Below, piece after piece: positions 1 to 13,389 of a stretch of DNA of 64,000 bases. Origin of the DNA: Eledone cirrhosa (lineage: Eukaryota); contig OZ024753.1 in NCBI GenBank assembly GCA_964016885.1, forward strand, positions 10,788,001-10,852,000. Direction: 5' to 3'. The position numbers and the translations under genes were made by a program. The notes under the pieces were generated by a model that saw only the letters and a list, made by a program, of their open reading frames with translations, ran no database searches and had not been told where the DNA came from. Positions within the stretch are counted from its first letter, which is position 1, and each line of letters opens with the position of its first letter.

Positions 1-564
1 ATTTCTACATTAAATCATTGTCGTATCATATAACAATGTAAAATCTTCAGTAACTCCGTGTGCTCCAGTGGGCAAACGTCTTTTACTATAGCCTCAGGTT
101 GACCAATGCCTTGTGAAGGAATTTACTATCTCAAAACTGTGGATTAACTGAACTGTTAAATCGTCAAACGAGATGCATGTCCTCCGGTACAATTAATCTG
201 CTGCAGGTTTAACATTCCCAACTCGATCACTTAACAAAGTTCACTCTTTATTAAGGATTCAGGCCGGGTTTCTGATTTGTGGTAATTTTCTTCCTCCCGC
301 CATATTCAAAGGCCCCCCAAAAATATAAAAAAAGGATAATTCTATCTGTTCTTCCTTCAATAATGAGACGGTAAAAAAAAGAATAGAATTCACTGAACAT
401 ATCTGACCAAGCAGACATCTATCAAAAGATGTTCTAGTCATGATATAATATATGTAGTCCGAATTCACTGAGCAGATGTGACCCGTAGTTTGTCTTCACT
501 GAACAGATGTAACCCAGCAGAAATCTGTCAGAAGATGTTCTAGTTATTACATAATGTATGTAGT

Positions 565-790
565 CCATCTTCACTTCTTGTGACTACAAGAGTGTCAGTT
601 ACAAAGCTTGGCTAGATGTGGTTCCGCTGCAGCTGAAAACATTGCTGTCCTTTCTCATTAAACACTGCCAAGTCCAATGCTGTGCAGGGGTGTTCCAATA
701 TGGGACATATCAGGAGGTGCTGCGTCGTCTGTGGTTTGTTAAACGTGGTTTATGTAGGACTACATTATCCAATGTGTTCTTTGATCTTAT
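565..790 (-). mobile_element. Degenerate LINE 3' end, Vingi/Ingi-like
   Basis: Minus frame gives KPQTTQHLLICPILEHPCTALDLAVFN...HI*, resembling the C-terminal QT-H-CP...CT--DL motif of Vingi-type ORFs; ends in a gaag-rich tail. Confidence 0.4.
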
Positions 791-797
791 TTTAAAT

Positions 798-970
798 TAC
801 TTCATTGCCTGGCGCCGAAGACGCTTCGTCCTCGAGGTCGCACCCTAATTTTGACAACCAAAAATTTAAAAAGGAAATAATAAACAACCTTCGGCCTCCA
901 GGACGCATTGTAGATTTTTGACACTTATTTTAGGAAAAAAGTAGCGTCTTCGATGCCGGGAAATACTGTA
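798..970 (+). mobile_element. Tc1/mariner (pogo-type) MITE family A
   Basis: TA-flanked TIR cngtatttcccggcgccgaagacgc...gcgtcttcgatgccgggaaatacng; four copies in window. Confidence 0.75.
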
Positions 971-1369
971 CATAGTGTGGTTTAAAAGTCTGGAGATATA
1001 TTCTTCTGAACATTATCGCATAAAAGCAAAAAATATTGTCAACGCACCAATGATTTAATGTAATCTTAGATACACTGTTATCTTTTTGATCATAGGCTTG
1101 TACTATCATTGCTGACCTGGGGCTAAATAAAAACAACAATATCATCATCATCAACAACAAAAACCACATAAAGTCTGTAGAAACATTGCTTGTGCTGAAA
1201 AAGATAAGAATTTCATTCCTGACAAGTCTGACACTTATGTAGAAAAAAAAAGGGCCAAACATTGATTTTATACATGAAACAGAACCAATGTTTGATTGAA
1301 TAACGATCTTTTGTTTTGGTTAGTTTTTGTTTACTGAAGCCTTATAGGAAGATTGAATTGGGAAGAGAA

Positions 1370-1550
1370 TAGCTGAGGGGTGGGAAGAGGTGGCTGAGGG
1401 GTGGGAGGTGGTGGCTGAGGGGTGGGAGGTGGTGACTGAGGGGTGAGAGGAGGTGGCTGAGGGGTGGGAGGAGGTGGGGAAGGTGGCCGAGGGGTGGAAA
1501 GGGTGGGGGAGGTGGCCAAGGGGTGGGAGGGGGAGGAGGAGGTGGCCGGG
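1370..1550 (+). repeat. G-rich 21-bp repeat
   Basis: gaggggtgggaggtggtggct, ~7 copies. Confidence 0.8.
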
Positions 1551-2207
1551 TGTCTACATGTGTGATAGGTTGTAGGTGTATGTTTTATTTATATCGTATT
1601 TTAGTTAAAGGTCAATCAATGTTGCCTGTATTTACAATAGAGAGAGGGGGAGGGAAGGAGGGGGTGATGGAGAGAGTATGTGTGTGTGATAGAGAGAAAG
1701 AGTATGTGTGTGCGAAGGGGGGGGGGGGGGGGGGTATGTGTGTGTGTGTGTATGTTTGAGAGAGAGAGAGAGAGAGAGGAAGAGAGAATGTGAGAGAGAG
1801 AGAGAGAGAGATAGTATGTCTATGTGCGTGTGAGAGAGAGAGAGTGTGTATGTATGTGTGTGTATGTGAGAGAGAGAGAGGGAGTGTGTGTATGTGTGTG
1901 TGAGAGAGAGTGTGTGTATGTGTGTGCATGAGAGAGAGAGTGTGTGTATGTGTGTGCATGAGAGAGAGAGTGTGTGTATGTGTGTGCATGAGAGAGAGAG
2001 AGAGTGTGAGAGAGAGAGAGAGAGACAAGAAAGTATGTTTGAATATCAAACGGAATCAATCCTAGGTAGAGATTTTAGTTAGAAATCCTCACAGGTTTAG
2101 TCTCCTTCTTATCCATCGCTTTTGTCGTTAATACACGTCAGCAAAACACATAACTATACTTGACATAGGGTTAGAAACATTTCCAACAACGCCTATATAC
2201 ACCTCAA

Positions 2208-2268
<61 letters not shown>

Positions 2269-2436
2269 ACTCTCTTCAAAAGAAAAAGTAACCAAATCTT
2301 TTTCGTAAAACTCCATTGAAGTCCATTGAAGTCCAAGAAGCGGCTTAGAAGAGTTGTTAGAGTGTCGAAAGTAATATTTTGTGTTATAGAGAAGTGTAAA
2401 AGAAGGTGTCTAGTATAACTCACTTTAAAGGTTGGG

Positions 2437-2760
2437 ATAGATGGTGAAAGAACACAACCACAAGGATAGGGTCCCACCGTGGAAGAGCAGAGCCCCCACT
2501 GCCATCACCCCCATCTCTCACGTACACCAGGTCCGATCACGGAAGAGCCGAACTCCCACTGTCATCGCCTCCATCTCTCTGACCCTCCCCATCTCTCACG
2601 TACACCAGGTCCCACCGTGGAAGAGCCGAACTCCCACTGTCATCACCTCCATCTCTCTCGCCCTCCCCATCTCTCTGTATGGTGAGGAAATGGGGTCCCA
2701 CATGCTGGCCGCCACACAGCTCCGGTGGACAGAATGGAGAAGGCATTTACCCGGAGGATG
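2437..2760 (-). mobile_element. CRE-clade LINE 3' end (ORF tip and internally repeated 3' UTR)
   Basis: Shares ggacagaatggagaaggc with 42002-42230 and the gaagagccgaactcccactgtcatcgcctccatctc repeat with other copies. Confidence 0.65.
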
Positions 2761-2864
2761 GTTATTCTGGTTTTTATGTTCCGATTTCAGATACCACAGA
2801 GGTCAACTTTGCTTTTCATTCTTGTTTGGGTCGATAAATAAATTATTAATCTAGCAGGGTGTAT

Positions 2865-3072
2865 TATAGGAATTCTCTCACCTCTTTCTGTTCAAACTGG
2901 CCGTAACTGGCTGTAACTAGCCGCTCATACTGACGTTAAGGTATTGTTCTCAAAATAAATAGCATCAACATCTCATAGATTTGATATTATGTGAGATAAT
3001 TATGTAAGATAAAGTCATTACCACATAAATACAATAGTAAATATAGAGTAATGTAAATGCTTAAAGGGTTAA
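2865..3072 (-). mobile_element. piggyBac-type MITE, same family, unamplified partial copy
   Basis: Shares gttaaggtattgttctcaaaataaat...tgtgagataattatgt; ends aaagggttaa. Confidence 0.65.
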
Positions 3073-3329
3073 ACAATAGCTGGTAGATTGATTTTTAATT
3101 TTATTTATTTATTTCGTAGATAAGGTTAAGACAAACACTATTAAAGGGAACAAAAAAGAAAAAAGAAAAAAAAAGAACCAAACTACGAAAGACAGGGAGA
3201 GAGGGAGGGACAGATACTACACCCCAATCTGAGCTGTACCTCAGGTGCAGCTCGTAGACAAAATATATATTTTCAAATACATGTACAGTGTACCACCGGA
3301 ATTTGCGGAACTTTACTTAGATCCTAACT

Positions 3330-3527
3330 AATAATTGTGTCTACTTTAGGCACAAGGCCATCAATTACCCAGTACATTATTACTGGTACTTTATTTTATC
3401 GACCCCATCCCCATAAGGATGAAAGGCAAAGTTAACCTCGGCGGGATTTGAACTCAGACCGTAAAGGGACGTAACTATGCTGGAAAGCATGGCGTCCGAC
3501 CCTCTACCAATACTGCCAATCTACCGT
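3330..3527 (-). mobile_element. tRNA-derived SINE with Nin/Deu-like central domain (dominant SINE of the window)
   Basis: Consensus ggattggcagtatcggtagagggtcggacgcc...gagttcaaatcccgccgaggttaactttgcctttcatccttacggggtcgataaaataaagtaccag...ggccttgtgcc; B box gagttcaaatcc. Confidence 0.8.
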
Positions 3528-3652
3528 AACTAATAATTGTTTGTGGAAACCACCGCATATTCACGCAATCGTAAATATCTTCCGTGATTTTTAAAAGGGA
3601 TTTTTTCGTGGCAATAGATATTTTTTTAACGCTAAATTATTAATAACAATAT

Positions 3653-4003
3653 ACCATATTTATCGGCTTAATGGACGGCCCTTCGTTATATTTTGACGTT
3701 TTAACGTTGTGGATTGGCAGTATCGGTAGAGGGTCGGACGCCATGCTTTCCAGCATAGTTACGCCCCTTTATGATCTGAGTTCAAATCCCGCCGAGGTTG
3801 ACTTTGCCTTTCATCCTTACGGGGTCGATAAATAAAGTACCAGTAATGCACTGGGTGATTGCTGGCCTTGTGCCTAAAGTAGAAACAGTTATATTTTGAC
3901 GTTTATAGGCATTTTTATGGACCACGTCCAATATTCGTGGTTTTTCACTCTTCATGGGTGCTCCAGGAATGTAGTCCCCGTGAATACCGGGGGAAAAACT
4001 GTA
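3653..4003 (-). mobile_element. Tigger-like MITE family B interrupted by a SINE (3711-3887)
   Basis: Ends ...ccgggggaaaaactgta; gttatattttgacgttt is duplicated at 3685-3701 and 3888-3904 around the SINE. Confidence 0.65.
3711..3887 (+). mobile_element. Same SINE family
   Basis: Full-length match to consensus. Confidence 0.8.
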
Positions 4004-4113
4004 CATATATTTCAATGGGTATACGTACAAATTTCATGCCTGCTTTGTGTGTAAAGGACATTGATCAGAGACACTTCAATTTATCAACAGAGAGAATATA
4101 ATGGCATACTTAC

Positions 4114-4313
4114 TAGTCACTTCTTCAGGTTTCCTTTCAAACATGCCTGCTTCTGAACAGGTAGGGAGACTACTGCGTCTGCTTGGTAACAAGTCGCAAA
4201 CGGGTAATCGAAAATGTGCACGATTTTTTATAAATTTTTTTGACTTCTTATCCACCTCGGTGACACTCCACTCTTTGTAGCAGAAAACCACCTCTACTGC
4301 AATGCAGTCCTCT
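4114..4313 (-). CDS. Nrk: Next internal exon, C-terminal half of the Fz/CRD of the same kinase
   Basis: Translates EDCIAVEVVFCYKEW...FIKNRAHFRLPVCDLLP...CSEAGMFERKPEEVT (Nrk-like EDC...FCY-W...FIK-R-HFRLP-C). Acceptor ttgcag, donor gtaagt. Upstream exon end TGC AA + first base A gives in-frame PLCKEDC. 200 nt, ends phase 1. Confidence 0.9.
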
Positions 4314-4360
4314 CTGCAATAAGAAATTATTAGACAAAAATGAATACAGACATTTATAAT

Positions 4361-4515
4361 TACCGTATTTCCTGGTGATGAAGACACACCCTAATTTTGA
4401 CAACCAAAAATAAGTCTCACAAATCTACCATGCACCTCCAGGGTGCATGGTAGTTTTTTGAGACTTATTTTGGGGAAAAAAGTAGCGTCTTTCTTCGATG
4501 CCGGGAAACACGGTA
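4361..4515 (+). mobile_element. MITE family A
   Basis: taccgtatttcctgg...ccgggaaacacggta; 47 bp from the exon acceptor at 4314. Confidence 0.8.
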
Positions 4516-4691
4516 GTAAAAATGACGCCACCACATCTACAGAAATTCAATTTTTTCTGTAATTAGAAGAAAACAAACAAGACGCCCCCCCCCCCCCCCC
4601 CCCTCCCCCGCATTTCTCTCTAACAATGGAGAATGGTAAATATTTATTGATAAACAAATAAGTAAATTAATAAGTATCGACCACTCCCTGG

Positions 4692-5055
4692 TAGGTTACT
4701 TCAATGCACAGTTGTCCCCCCGATATTCGTGGGGGCTTATGTTCCTAGAGCACCTACGAAGAGTGAAAAGCCTCGAATATCAGACGCGGTCCATAAAAAT
4801 ACCTATAAACGTAAAAAACTCGAGGGTAACCAATGAGTATAAATGTTTTGTGGTCGAGCCTGTGGCAGATGAGACTTCCAGCGCTGTTGGACCCCGGACA
4901 ACATTTATACTCATTGGTTACCCTCGAGTTTTTTACGTTTATAGGTATTTTTATGGACCGCGTCTGATATTCGAGGCTTTTCACTCTTCGTAGGTGCTCT
5001 AGGAACATAAGCCCCCACGAATATCGGGGGCACAACTGTGCATTGAAGTAACCTA
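4692..5055. repeat. Long near-perfect inverted repeat built from a family B MITE end
   Basis: 156-bp arms 4692-4847 and 4900-5055 with one visible mismatch, 52-bp spacer. Confidence 0.9.
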
Positions 5056-5202
5056 ACATGGCAGACGTTTAAAACCTCAAAGGAAAACAGGCCAATAAGA
5101 AATGTTAACCAACTGGAAGCCTTATGCGACCGTTTGTCTTCCTAGTGTCACCAAGTCAGTGAACGACCTTTCATGGTTTCATTGATAAACTCCCTGTCGT
5201 TT

Positions 5203-6392
5203 GTGATGGTGGGGTTGGTGGTGGTGATGATAGGGATGGTGGTGGTGGTGGTGGTGGTAGTGATGGTGGGGTTGGTGGTGGTGATGATAGGGATGGTGGT
5301 GGTGGTGGTGGTGGTGGTGGTGGTGATTGTGATGGTGATGGTGATAGTGGTGTTGGTAGTGATGGTGGTGGTGTTGGTAGTGGTGTTGGTAGTGGTGGTG
5401 GTGGTGTTGGTGGTGGTGTTGGTGGTGTTGGTAGTGATGGTGGTGGTGGTGTTGGTAGTGATGGTGGTGGTGTTGGTAGTGATGGTGGTGGTGGTGTTGG
5501 TAGTGATGGTGGGGTTGGTGGTGGTGTTGGTAGTGATGGTGGTGGTGTTGGTAGTGATGGTGGTGGTGGTGTTGGTAGTGATGGTGGTGGTGGTGGTAGT
5601 GATGGTGGTGGTGGTGTTGGTAGTGATGGTGGTGGTGGTGGTAGTGATGGTGGTGGTGGTGTTGGTAGTGATGGTGGTGGTGATGATAGGGATGGTGGTG
5701 GTGGTGGTGATTGTGATGGTGTTAGTGGTGTTGGTAGTGATGGTGGTGGTGATGATAGGGATGGTGGTGGTGGTGGTGATTGTGATGGTGATAGTGGTGT
5801 TGGTGTTGGTGTTGGTAGTGATGGTGGTGGTGTTGGTAGTGATGGTGGTGTTGCTGATTGTGATGGTGATAGTGGTGGTGGTGTTGGTGGTGGTGATGAT
5901 AGGGATGGTGGTGTTAGTGGTGTTGGTAGTGATGGTGGTGGTGTTGGTAGTGGTGGTAGTGTTGGTAGTGGTGGTGGTGGTGATGGTAGTGGTGTTGGTA
6001 GTGATGGTGGTGGTGTTGGTAGTGGTGTTAGTGTTGTTGGTAGTGATGGTGGTGGTGGTGTTGCTGATTGTGAAGGTGATAGTGGTGGTGGTAGTGATGG
6101 TTGTGTTGGTAGTGATGGTAGTGGTGTTGGTAGTGGTGGTGGTGGTGTTGGTAGTGATGGTAGTGGTGTTGGTAGTGATGGTAGTGGTGTTGGTAGTGGT
6201 GGTAGTGGTGTTGGTAGTGATGGTGGTGGTGTTGGTAGTGGTGTTGGTAGTGGTGGTGGTGTTGGTAGTGGTGGTGGTGGTGTTGGTAGTGGTGGTGGTG
6301 GTGGTGTTGGTAGTGATGGTGGTGGTGTTGGTAGTGGTGGTGGTGGTGTTGGTAGTGGTGTTGGTGGTGGTGGTGGTAGTAGTAGGTGGTAG
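5203..6392. repeat. Compound (GGT)n triplet repeat
   Basis: ggt/agt/gat/gtt triplets in frame. Confidence 0.95.
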
Positions 6393-6521
6393 TACTGACT
6401 TTATTATTGTTACTTTTTTTGTTATGTTTCTAATTTTGTTCATATGAAGAATTACTTTTCCAGATTCTTCTTCAGACAGAGAAATGACGGACAGGAAATA
6501 AGGGTTTCTGATTTAGATGAA

Positions 6522-7010
6522 AGACCAACAACAATGTTGAGGGGGAAGGAAAGTCAATTAAATCGACACCAATATATTACTGGTACTTTATTATATCGAC
6601 CCCATAAGGATGAGAAACAAAGCTAGCCTTGGTGGGATTTGAACTCAAGACGTAAACGGACGTAACTATATTAGGTACAAGACCAACAACAATTTTAAGG
6701 GGGAAGGAAAGTCAATTAAATCGACACCAATATATTACTGGTACTTTATTATATCGACCCCATAAGGATGAGAAACAAAGCTAGCCTTGGTGGGATTTGA
6801 ACTCAAGACGTAAACGGACGTAACTATATTAGGTACAAGACCAACAACAATTTTAAGGGGGAAGGAAAGTCAATTAAATCGACACCAATATATTACTGGT
6901 ACTTTATTATATCGACCCCATAAGGATGAGAAACAAAGCTAGCCTTGGTGGGATTTGAACTCAGGACGTAAATGGACGTCACTATATTAGGTAGAAGACC
7001 AACAACAATT
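6522..7010 (-). repeat. 158-bp tandem triplication of a SINE fragment
   Basis: agaccaacaacaat...ggtacttta...gggatttgaactc... recurs at ~6522, 6680, 6838, 6996. Confidence 0.85.
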
Positions 7011-7319
7011 TCGGGGGTTGTGAAAGTAGATTAGGGATGGTAGGGGATGATTTTAACACTTTAGCATTTACATTACACTATATACACTATTGCAGGGGCG
7101 TGCAACAGGCGGCCCACGGTGTTGGTGGTGGTGGTAGTGGTGAGGTGGTGGTGGTGGTGGTGAGCTGGTGGTGGAGTGGGGTGGTGTTGGGGTGGGGGAG
7201 ATATAATGTAAACCCAATCTGTGATTATCATCACACACTGACATAGCTTAGCATCACAGCGTAACTCTGTGATGGAGAAGGTCGTGGTGGTGTAGTGTGG
7301 TGTAGTGTGTAAAGTAGAG

Positions 7320-10300
7320 AGTAGTGGTGGTGGTGGTGGTGGTGGCGGCGGAGGCTGTGGTGGCGTAGAGTGGTGGTGGTGGTGGTGGCGGCGGAGGCTG
7401 TGGTGGCGTAGAGTGGTGGTGGTGGTGGTGGCGGAGGCTGTGGTAGTGGGCGTGGTGGCAGTGGAGGAGGAGGGTGTGAAGGCGGTGGAGGTGGAGGAGG
7501 AGGGTGCGGTGGCGGTGGAGGAGGAGGAGGAGGGTGTGGTGACAGTGGAGGTGGAGGAGGGTGTGATGGTGGTGGAGGTGGAGGTGGAGGAAAGTGTGCT
7601 GGTGGAGGAGGAGGGTGTGGTGGTGGTAGAGGAGGGTGTGATGGTGGTGTAGGAGGAGGAGAGTGTGGGAGGAGGAGGAGAGGGTGGTGGGAGTTGTAGT
7701 GATGGTGCTATAGAGATAGTGGAGGTGGTGGTGGTGATCATTGTGTTGACAATGGTGGTGGCAGTGACGGTGGTGGTGGTGGTGAGGCTGGCGGTGGTAT
7801 TGGTGAAGGTAGTGGCGGTGGTGATGGTGGTTGTTGTGGTGCTGCTGGTGGTGGTGGTGGTGGTGGTGGTTGTGGTGCTACTGCTGGTGGTGGTGGTGGT
7901 GGTGGTGCTACTGCTACTGCTGGTGGTGGTGGTGGTGGTGGTGGTTGTTGTGGTGCTGCTGCTGGTGGTGGTGGTGGTGGTGGTGGTTGTTGTGGTGCTA
8001 CTGGTGGTGGTGGTGGTGGTGGTGGTGGTGATGGTGGTGGTGGTTGTTGTGGTGCTACTGGTGGTGGTGGTGGTGGTGGTGGTGGTGATGGTGGTGGTGG
8101 TTGTTGTGGTGGTGGTGGTGGTGGTGGTGGTGGTTGTTGTGGTGCTACTGCTGGTGGTGGTGGTGGTGGTGGTGCTACTGCTACTGCTGGTGGTGGTGGT
8201 GGTGGTGGTGGTTGTTGTGGTGCTGCTGCTGGTGGTGGTGGTGGTGGTGGTGGTTGTTGTGGTGCTGCTGCTGGTGGTGGTGGTGGTGGTGGTGGTTGTT
8301 GTGGTGCTACTGGTGGTGGTGGTGGTGGTGGTGGTGGTGATGGTGGTGGTGGTTGTTGTGGTGCTACTGGTGGTGGTGGTGGTGGTGGTGGTGGTGATGG
8401 TGGTGGTGGTTGTTGTGGTGGTGGTGGTGGTGGTGGTGGTGGTTGTTGTGGTGCTACTGCTGGTGGTGGTGGTGGTGGTGGTGCTACTGCTACTGCTGGT
8501 GGTGGTGGTGGTGGTGGTGGTTGTTGTGGTGCTACTGCTGGTGGTGGTGGTGGTGGTGGTGGTTGTTGTGGTGCTACTGCTGGTGGTGGTGGTGGTGGTG
8601 GTGGTTGTTGTGGTGCTACTGCTGGTGGTGGTGGTGGTGGTGGTGGTTGTTGTGGTGCTACTGCTGGTGGTGGTGGTGGTGGTGGTGCTACTGCTACTGC
8701 TGGTGGTGGTGGTGGTGGTGGTGGTTGTTGTGGTGCTACTGCTGGTGGTGGTGGTGGTGGTGGTGGTTGTTGTGGTGCTACTGCTGGTGGTAGTGGTGGT
8801 GGTGGTGGTTGTTGTGGTGCTACTGCTGGTGCTGGTGGTGGTGGTGGTGGTTGTTGTGGTGCTACTGCTGGTGGTGGTGGTGGTGGTGGTGGTTGTTGTG
8901 GTGCTACTGCTGGTGGTGGTGGTGGTGGTGGTGCTACTGCTACTGCTGGTGGTGGTGGTGGTGGTGGTGGTTGTTGTGGTGCTACTGCTGGTGGTGGTGG
9001 TGGTGGTGGTGGTTGTTGTGGTGCTACTGCTGGTGGTAGTGGTGGTGGTGGTGGTTGTTGTGGTGCTACTGCTGGTGGTGGTGGTGGTGGTGGTGCTACT
9101 GCTACTGCTGGTGGTGGTGGTGGTGGTGGTGGTGGTGGTGGTGGTTGTTGTGGTGCTACTGCTGGTGGTGGTGGTGGTGGTTGTTGTGGTGCTACTGCTG
9201 GTGGTGGTGGTGGTGGTGGTGGTGGTGGTGGTGGTGGTGGTGGTGGTGGTGGTGGTGGTGGTGGTGGTGGTGGTGGTGGTGGTGCTACTGCTGGTGGTGG
9301 TGGTGGTGGTGGTGGTGGTGGTGGTGGTTGTTGTGGTGCTACTGCTGGTGGTGGTGGTGGTGGTGGTGGTTGTTGTGGTGCTACTGGTGGTGGTGGTGGT
9401 GGTGGTGCTACTGCTGGTGGTGGTGGTGGTGGTTGTTGTGGTGCTACTGCTGGTGGTGGTGGTGGTGGTGGTGGTTGTTGTGGTGCTACTGCTGGTGGTA
9501 GTGGTGGTGGTGGTGGTTGTTGTGGTGCTACTGCTGGTGGTAGTGGTGGTGGTGGTGGTTGTTGTGGTGCTACTGCTGGTGGTAGTGGTGGTGGTGGTGG
9601 TTGTTGTGGTGCTACTGGTGGTGGTGGTGGTGGTGGTGCTACTGCTGGTGGTGGTGGTGGTGGTTGTTGTGGTGCTACTGCTGGTGGTGGTGGTGGTGGT
9701 GGTGGTTGTTGTGGTGCTACTGCTGGTGGTGGTGGTGGTGGTGGTGGTTGTTGTGGTGCTACTGGTGGTGGTGGTGGTGGTGGTGCTACTGCTGGTGGTG
9801 GTGGTGGTGGTTGTTGTGGTGCTACTGCTGGTGGTGGTGGTGGTGATGATGGTGGTTGTTGTGGTGCTACTGGTGGTGGTGGTGGTGGTGGTGCTACTGC
9901 TGGTGGTGGTGGTGGTGGTTGTTGTGGTGCTACTGCTGGTGGTGGTGGTGGTGGTGGTGGTTGTTGTGGTGCTACTGCTGGTGGTAGTGGTGGTGGTGGT
10001 GGTTGTTGTGGTGCTACTGCTGGTGGTAGTGGTGGTGGTGGTGGTTGTTGTGGTGCTACTGCTGGTGGTAGTGGTGGTGATGATGGTGGTTGTTGTGGTG
10101 CTACTGGTGGTGGTGGTGGTGGTGGTGCTACTGCTGGTGGTGGTGGTGGTGGTTGTTGTGGTGCTACTGCTGGTGGTGGTGGTGGTGGTGGTGGTTGTTG
10201 TGGTGCTACTGCTGGTGGTGGTGGTGGTGGTGGTGGTTGTTGTGGTGCTACTGCTGGTGGTAGTGGTGGTGGTGGTGGTTGTTGTGGTGCTACTGCTGGT

Positions 10301-11712
10301 GGTAGTGGTGGTGATGATGGTGGTTGTTGTGGTGCTACTGGTGGTGGTGGTGGTGGTGGTGCTACTGCTGGTGGTGGTGGTGGTGGTTGTTGTGGTGCTA
10401 CTGCTGGTGGTGGTGGTGGTGATGGTGGTTGTTGTGGTGCTACTGGTGGTGGTGGTGGTGGTGGTGGTGGTGGTGGTTGTGGTTGTGGAGCTACTGGTGG
10501 TGGTGGTGGTTGTTGTGCTACTGGTGGTGGCGGTGGTGGTGGTTGTTGTGGTGCTACTGCTGGTGGTGGTGGTGGTGGTGGTGGTTGTTGTGGTGCTACT
10601 GGTGGTGGCGGTGGTGGTGGTTGTTGTGGTGCTACTGGTGGTGGCGGTGGTGGTGGTTGTTGTGGTGCTACTGGTGGTGGTGGTGGTGGTGGTGGTGGTT
10701 GTTGTGGTGCTACTGCTGGTGGTGGTGGTGGTGGTGGTGGTGGTTGTTGTGGTGCTACTGCTGGTGGTGGTGGTGGTGGTGGTGGTTGTTGTGGTGCTAC
10801 TGCTGGTGGTGGTGGTGGTGGTGGTTGTTGTGGTGCTACTGCTGGTGGTGGTGGTGGTGGTTGTTGTGGTGCTACTGCTGGTGGTGGTGGTGGTGGTTGT
10901 TGTGGTGCTACTGGTGGTGGTGTTGGTGGTTGTTGTGGTGCTACTGCTGGTGGTGGTGGTGGTTGTTGTGGTGCTACTGCTGGTGGTGGTGGTGGTGGTG
11001 GTGGTGGTTGTGGTGCTACTGCTGGTGGTGGTGGTGGTGGTGGTGGTTGTTGTGGTGCTACTGCTGGTGGTGGTGGTGGTGGTGGTGGTGGTTGTGGTGC
11101 TACTGCTGGTGGTGGTGGTGGTGGTGGTGGTTGTGATGGTGGTTGTTGTGGTGCTACTGCTGGTGGTGGTGGTGGTGGTGGTGGTTGTGATGGTGGTTGT
11201 TGTGGTGCTACTGCTGGTGGTGGTGGTGGTGGTGGTGGTTGTTGTGGTGCTACTGCTGGTGGTGGTGGTGGTGGTTGTTGTGGTGCTACTGGTGGTGGTG
11301 TTGGTGGTTGTTGTGGTGCTACTGCTGGTGGTGGTGGTGGTTGTTGTGGTGCTACTGCTGGTGGTGGTGGTGGTGGTGGTGGTGGTTGTGGTGCTACTGC
11401 TGGTGGTGGTGGTGGTGGTTGTTGTGGTGCTACTGCTGGTGGTGGTGGTGGTGGTGGTGGTGGTTGTGGTGCTACTGCTGGTGGTGGTGGTGGTGGTGGT
11501 GGTTGTTGTGGTGCTACTGCTGGTGGTGGTGGTGGTGGTGGTTGTGGTGCTACTGCTGGTGGTGGTGGTGGTGGTGGTGGTTGTGATGGTGGTTGTTGTG
11601 GTGCTACTGCTGGTGGTGGTGGTGGTGGTTGTGATGGTGGTTGTTGTGGTGCTACTGCTGGTGGTGGTGGTGGTGGTGGTGGTGGTGGTGCTAACACTGG
11701 TGCTGGTGGTGT
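7320..11712. repeat. 4.4-kb compound triplet array (GGT)n-tgttgtggtgctactgct
   Basis: Fixed spacer motif with variable GGT run length. Confidence 0.95.
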
Positions 11713-11869
11713 TGATGTACAGTAAGGTTATGAAGTAAGGGGTCACCCAGTGTTGTCAACTCCTGTTTACTTAAACTTTTATTCCATTTATCTGTCTCTG
11801 GTGTTTTGTTAAGATTATAGTAGAAGTTGACTCTGGTGGGTGTATATAACCAACATATACTCAAAATCA

Positions 11870-12529
<660 letters not shown>

Positions 12530-12632
12530 TAAGGGTCGGTGTGAACATTATATGTAGGTGTATATACGGCTGTATATATATATAAATATATATATATATA
12601 TAAATATATATGTATATATGTATATATAAATA

Positions 12633-12730
12633 TTTCGTTTCTGAATTTGTTTAGCAAGATTCTTTATCTGAAATCGTGTGTTGAAACCGATATTGTTATA
12701 CAACATGACCCTCCCAAAATATAACAATAT
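12633..12730 (-). mobile_element. Hairpin+tail insert, family 2, short copy
   Basis: Reverse complement has the same tail and a ~30-bp inverted arm starting at the same terminus as the 58633 copy; embedded in TA-rich tract. Confidence 0.6.
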
Positions 12731-13140
12731 ATATAAATATATATATATATATACATATATATGTATATATATATATAAATATACATATATATATATATAC
12801 ATATATATGTATGTATATATATACATATATATATGTATATGTAAATGTACATGCAGCCGTATGTATATATAAGGGTGGGTGTGTTTATATAAGGGTGGGT
12901 ATATAAGGGTGGGTGTATAAGGGTGGCTGCATAAGTGTGCGTATGTGGGTGTGACTATAAAGGTGTGTGTGTGAGCGTGTGAATAAGGGTGTGTATATGA
13001 AAAAGATGAGCGTGTGTATAGGGGTACGTGTTTGGGAGAGGAGGAGAGAGAGGGATGAAGAGAGAGAGATAGGGAGAGAGAGGGATAGGGAGAGAGAGAT
13101 GGGGAGAGAGAGAAATAGGGAGAGAGAGAGAGATAGGGAG

Positions 13141-13173
<33 letters not shown>

Positions 13174-13389
13174 TAGAGATAGGGAGAGAGAGGGGGAAGT
13201 GACAGAAAATCAGGGAAGGAAAGATTGGGAAAAAATTGATGAAATTGTATTTAAATATATTTATTAGAGAAGAATGAAAATTGAATGAAGTTACAAGAAA
13301 AAGGGAAGCACACACACATCCATGTATGTATGTATATATGTATGTATATATGTATGTATATATGTGTGTGTGTATATATATATGTAATG

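Noticed and set aside
7073-11746. 1557-aa Thr/Ser mucin-like ORF (and 5148-6443, 28604-29656, 45432-46466)
   Set aside because: Pure triplet repeats open in several frames on both strands, no signal peptide or domain; the first two lie inside the supported intron.
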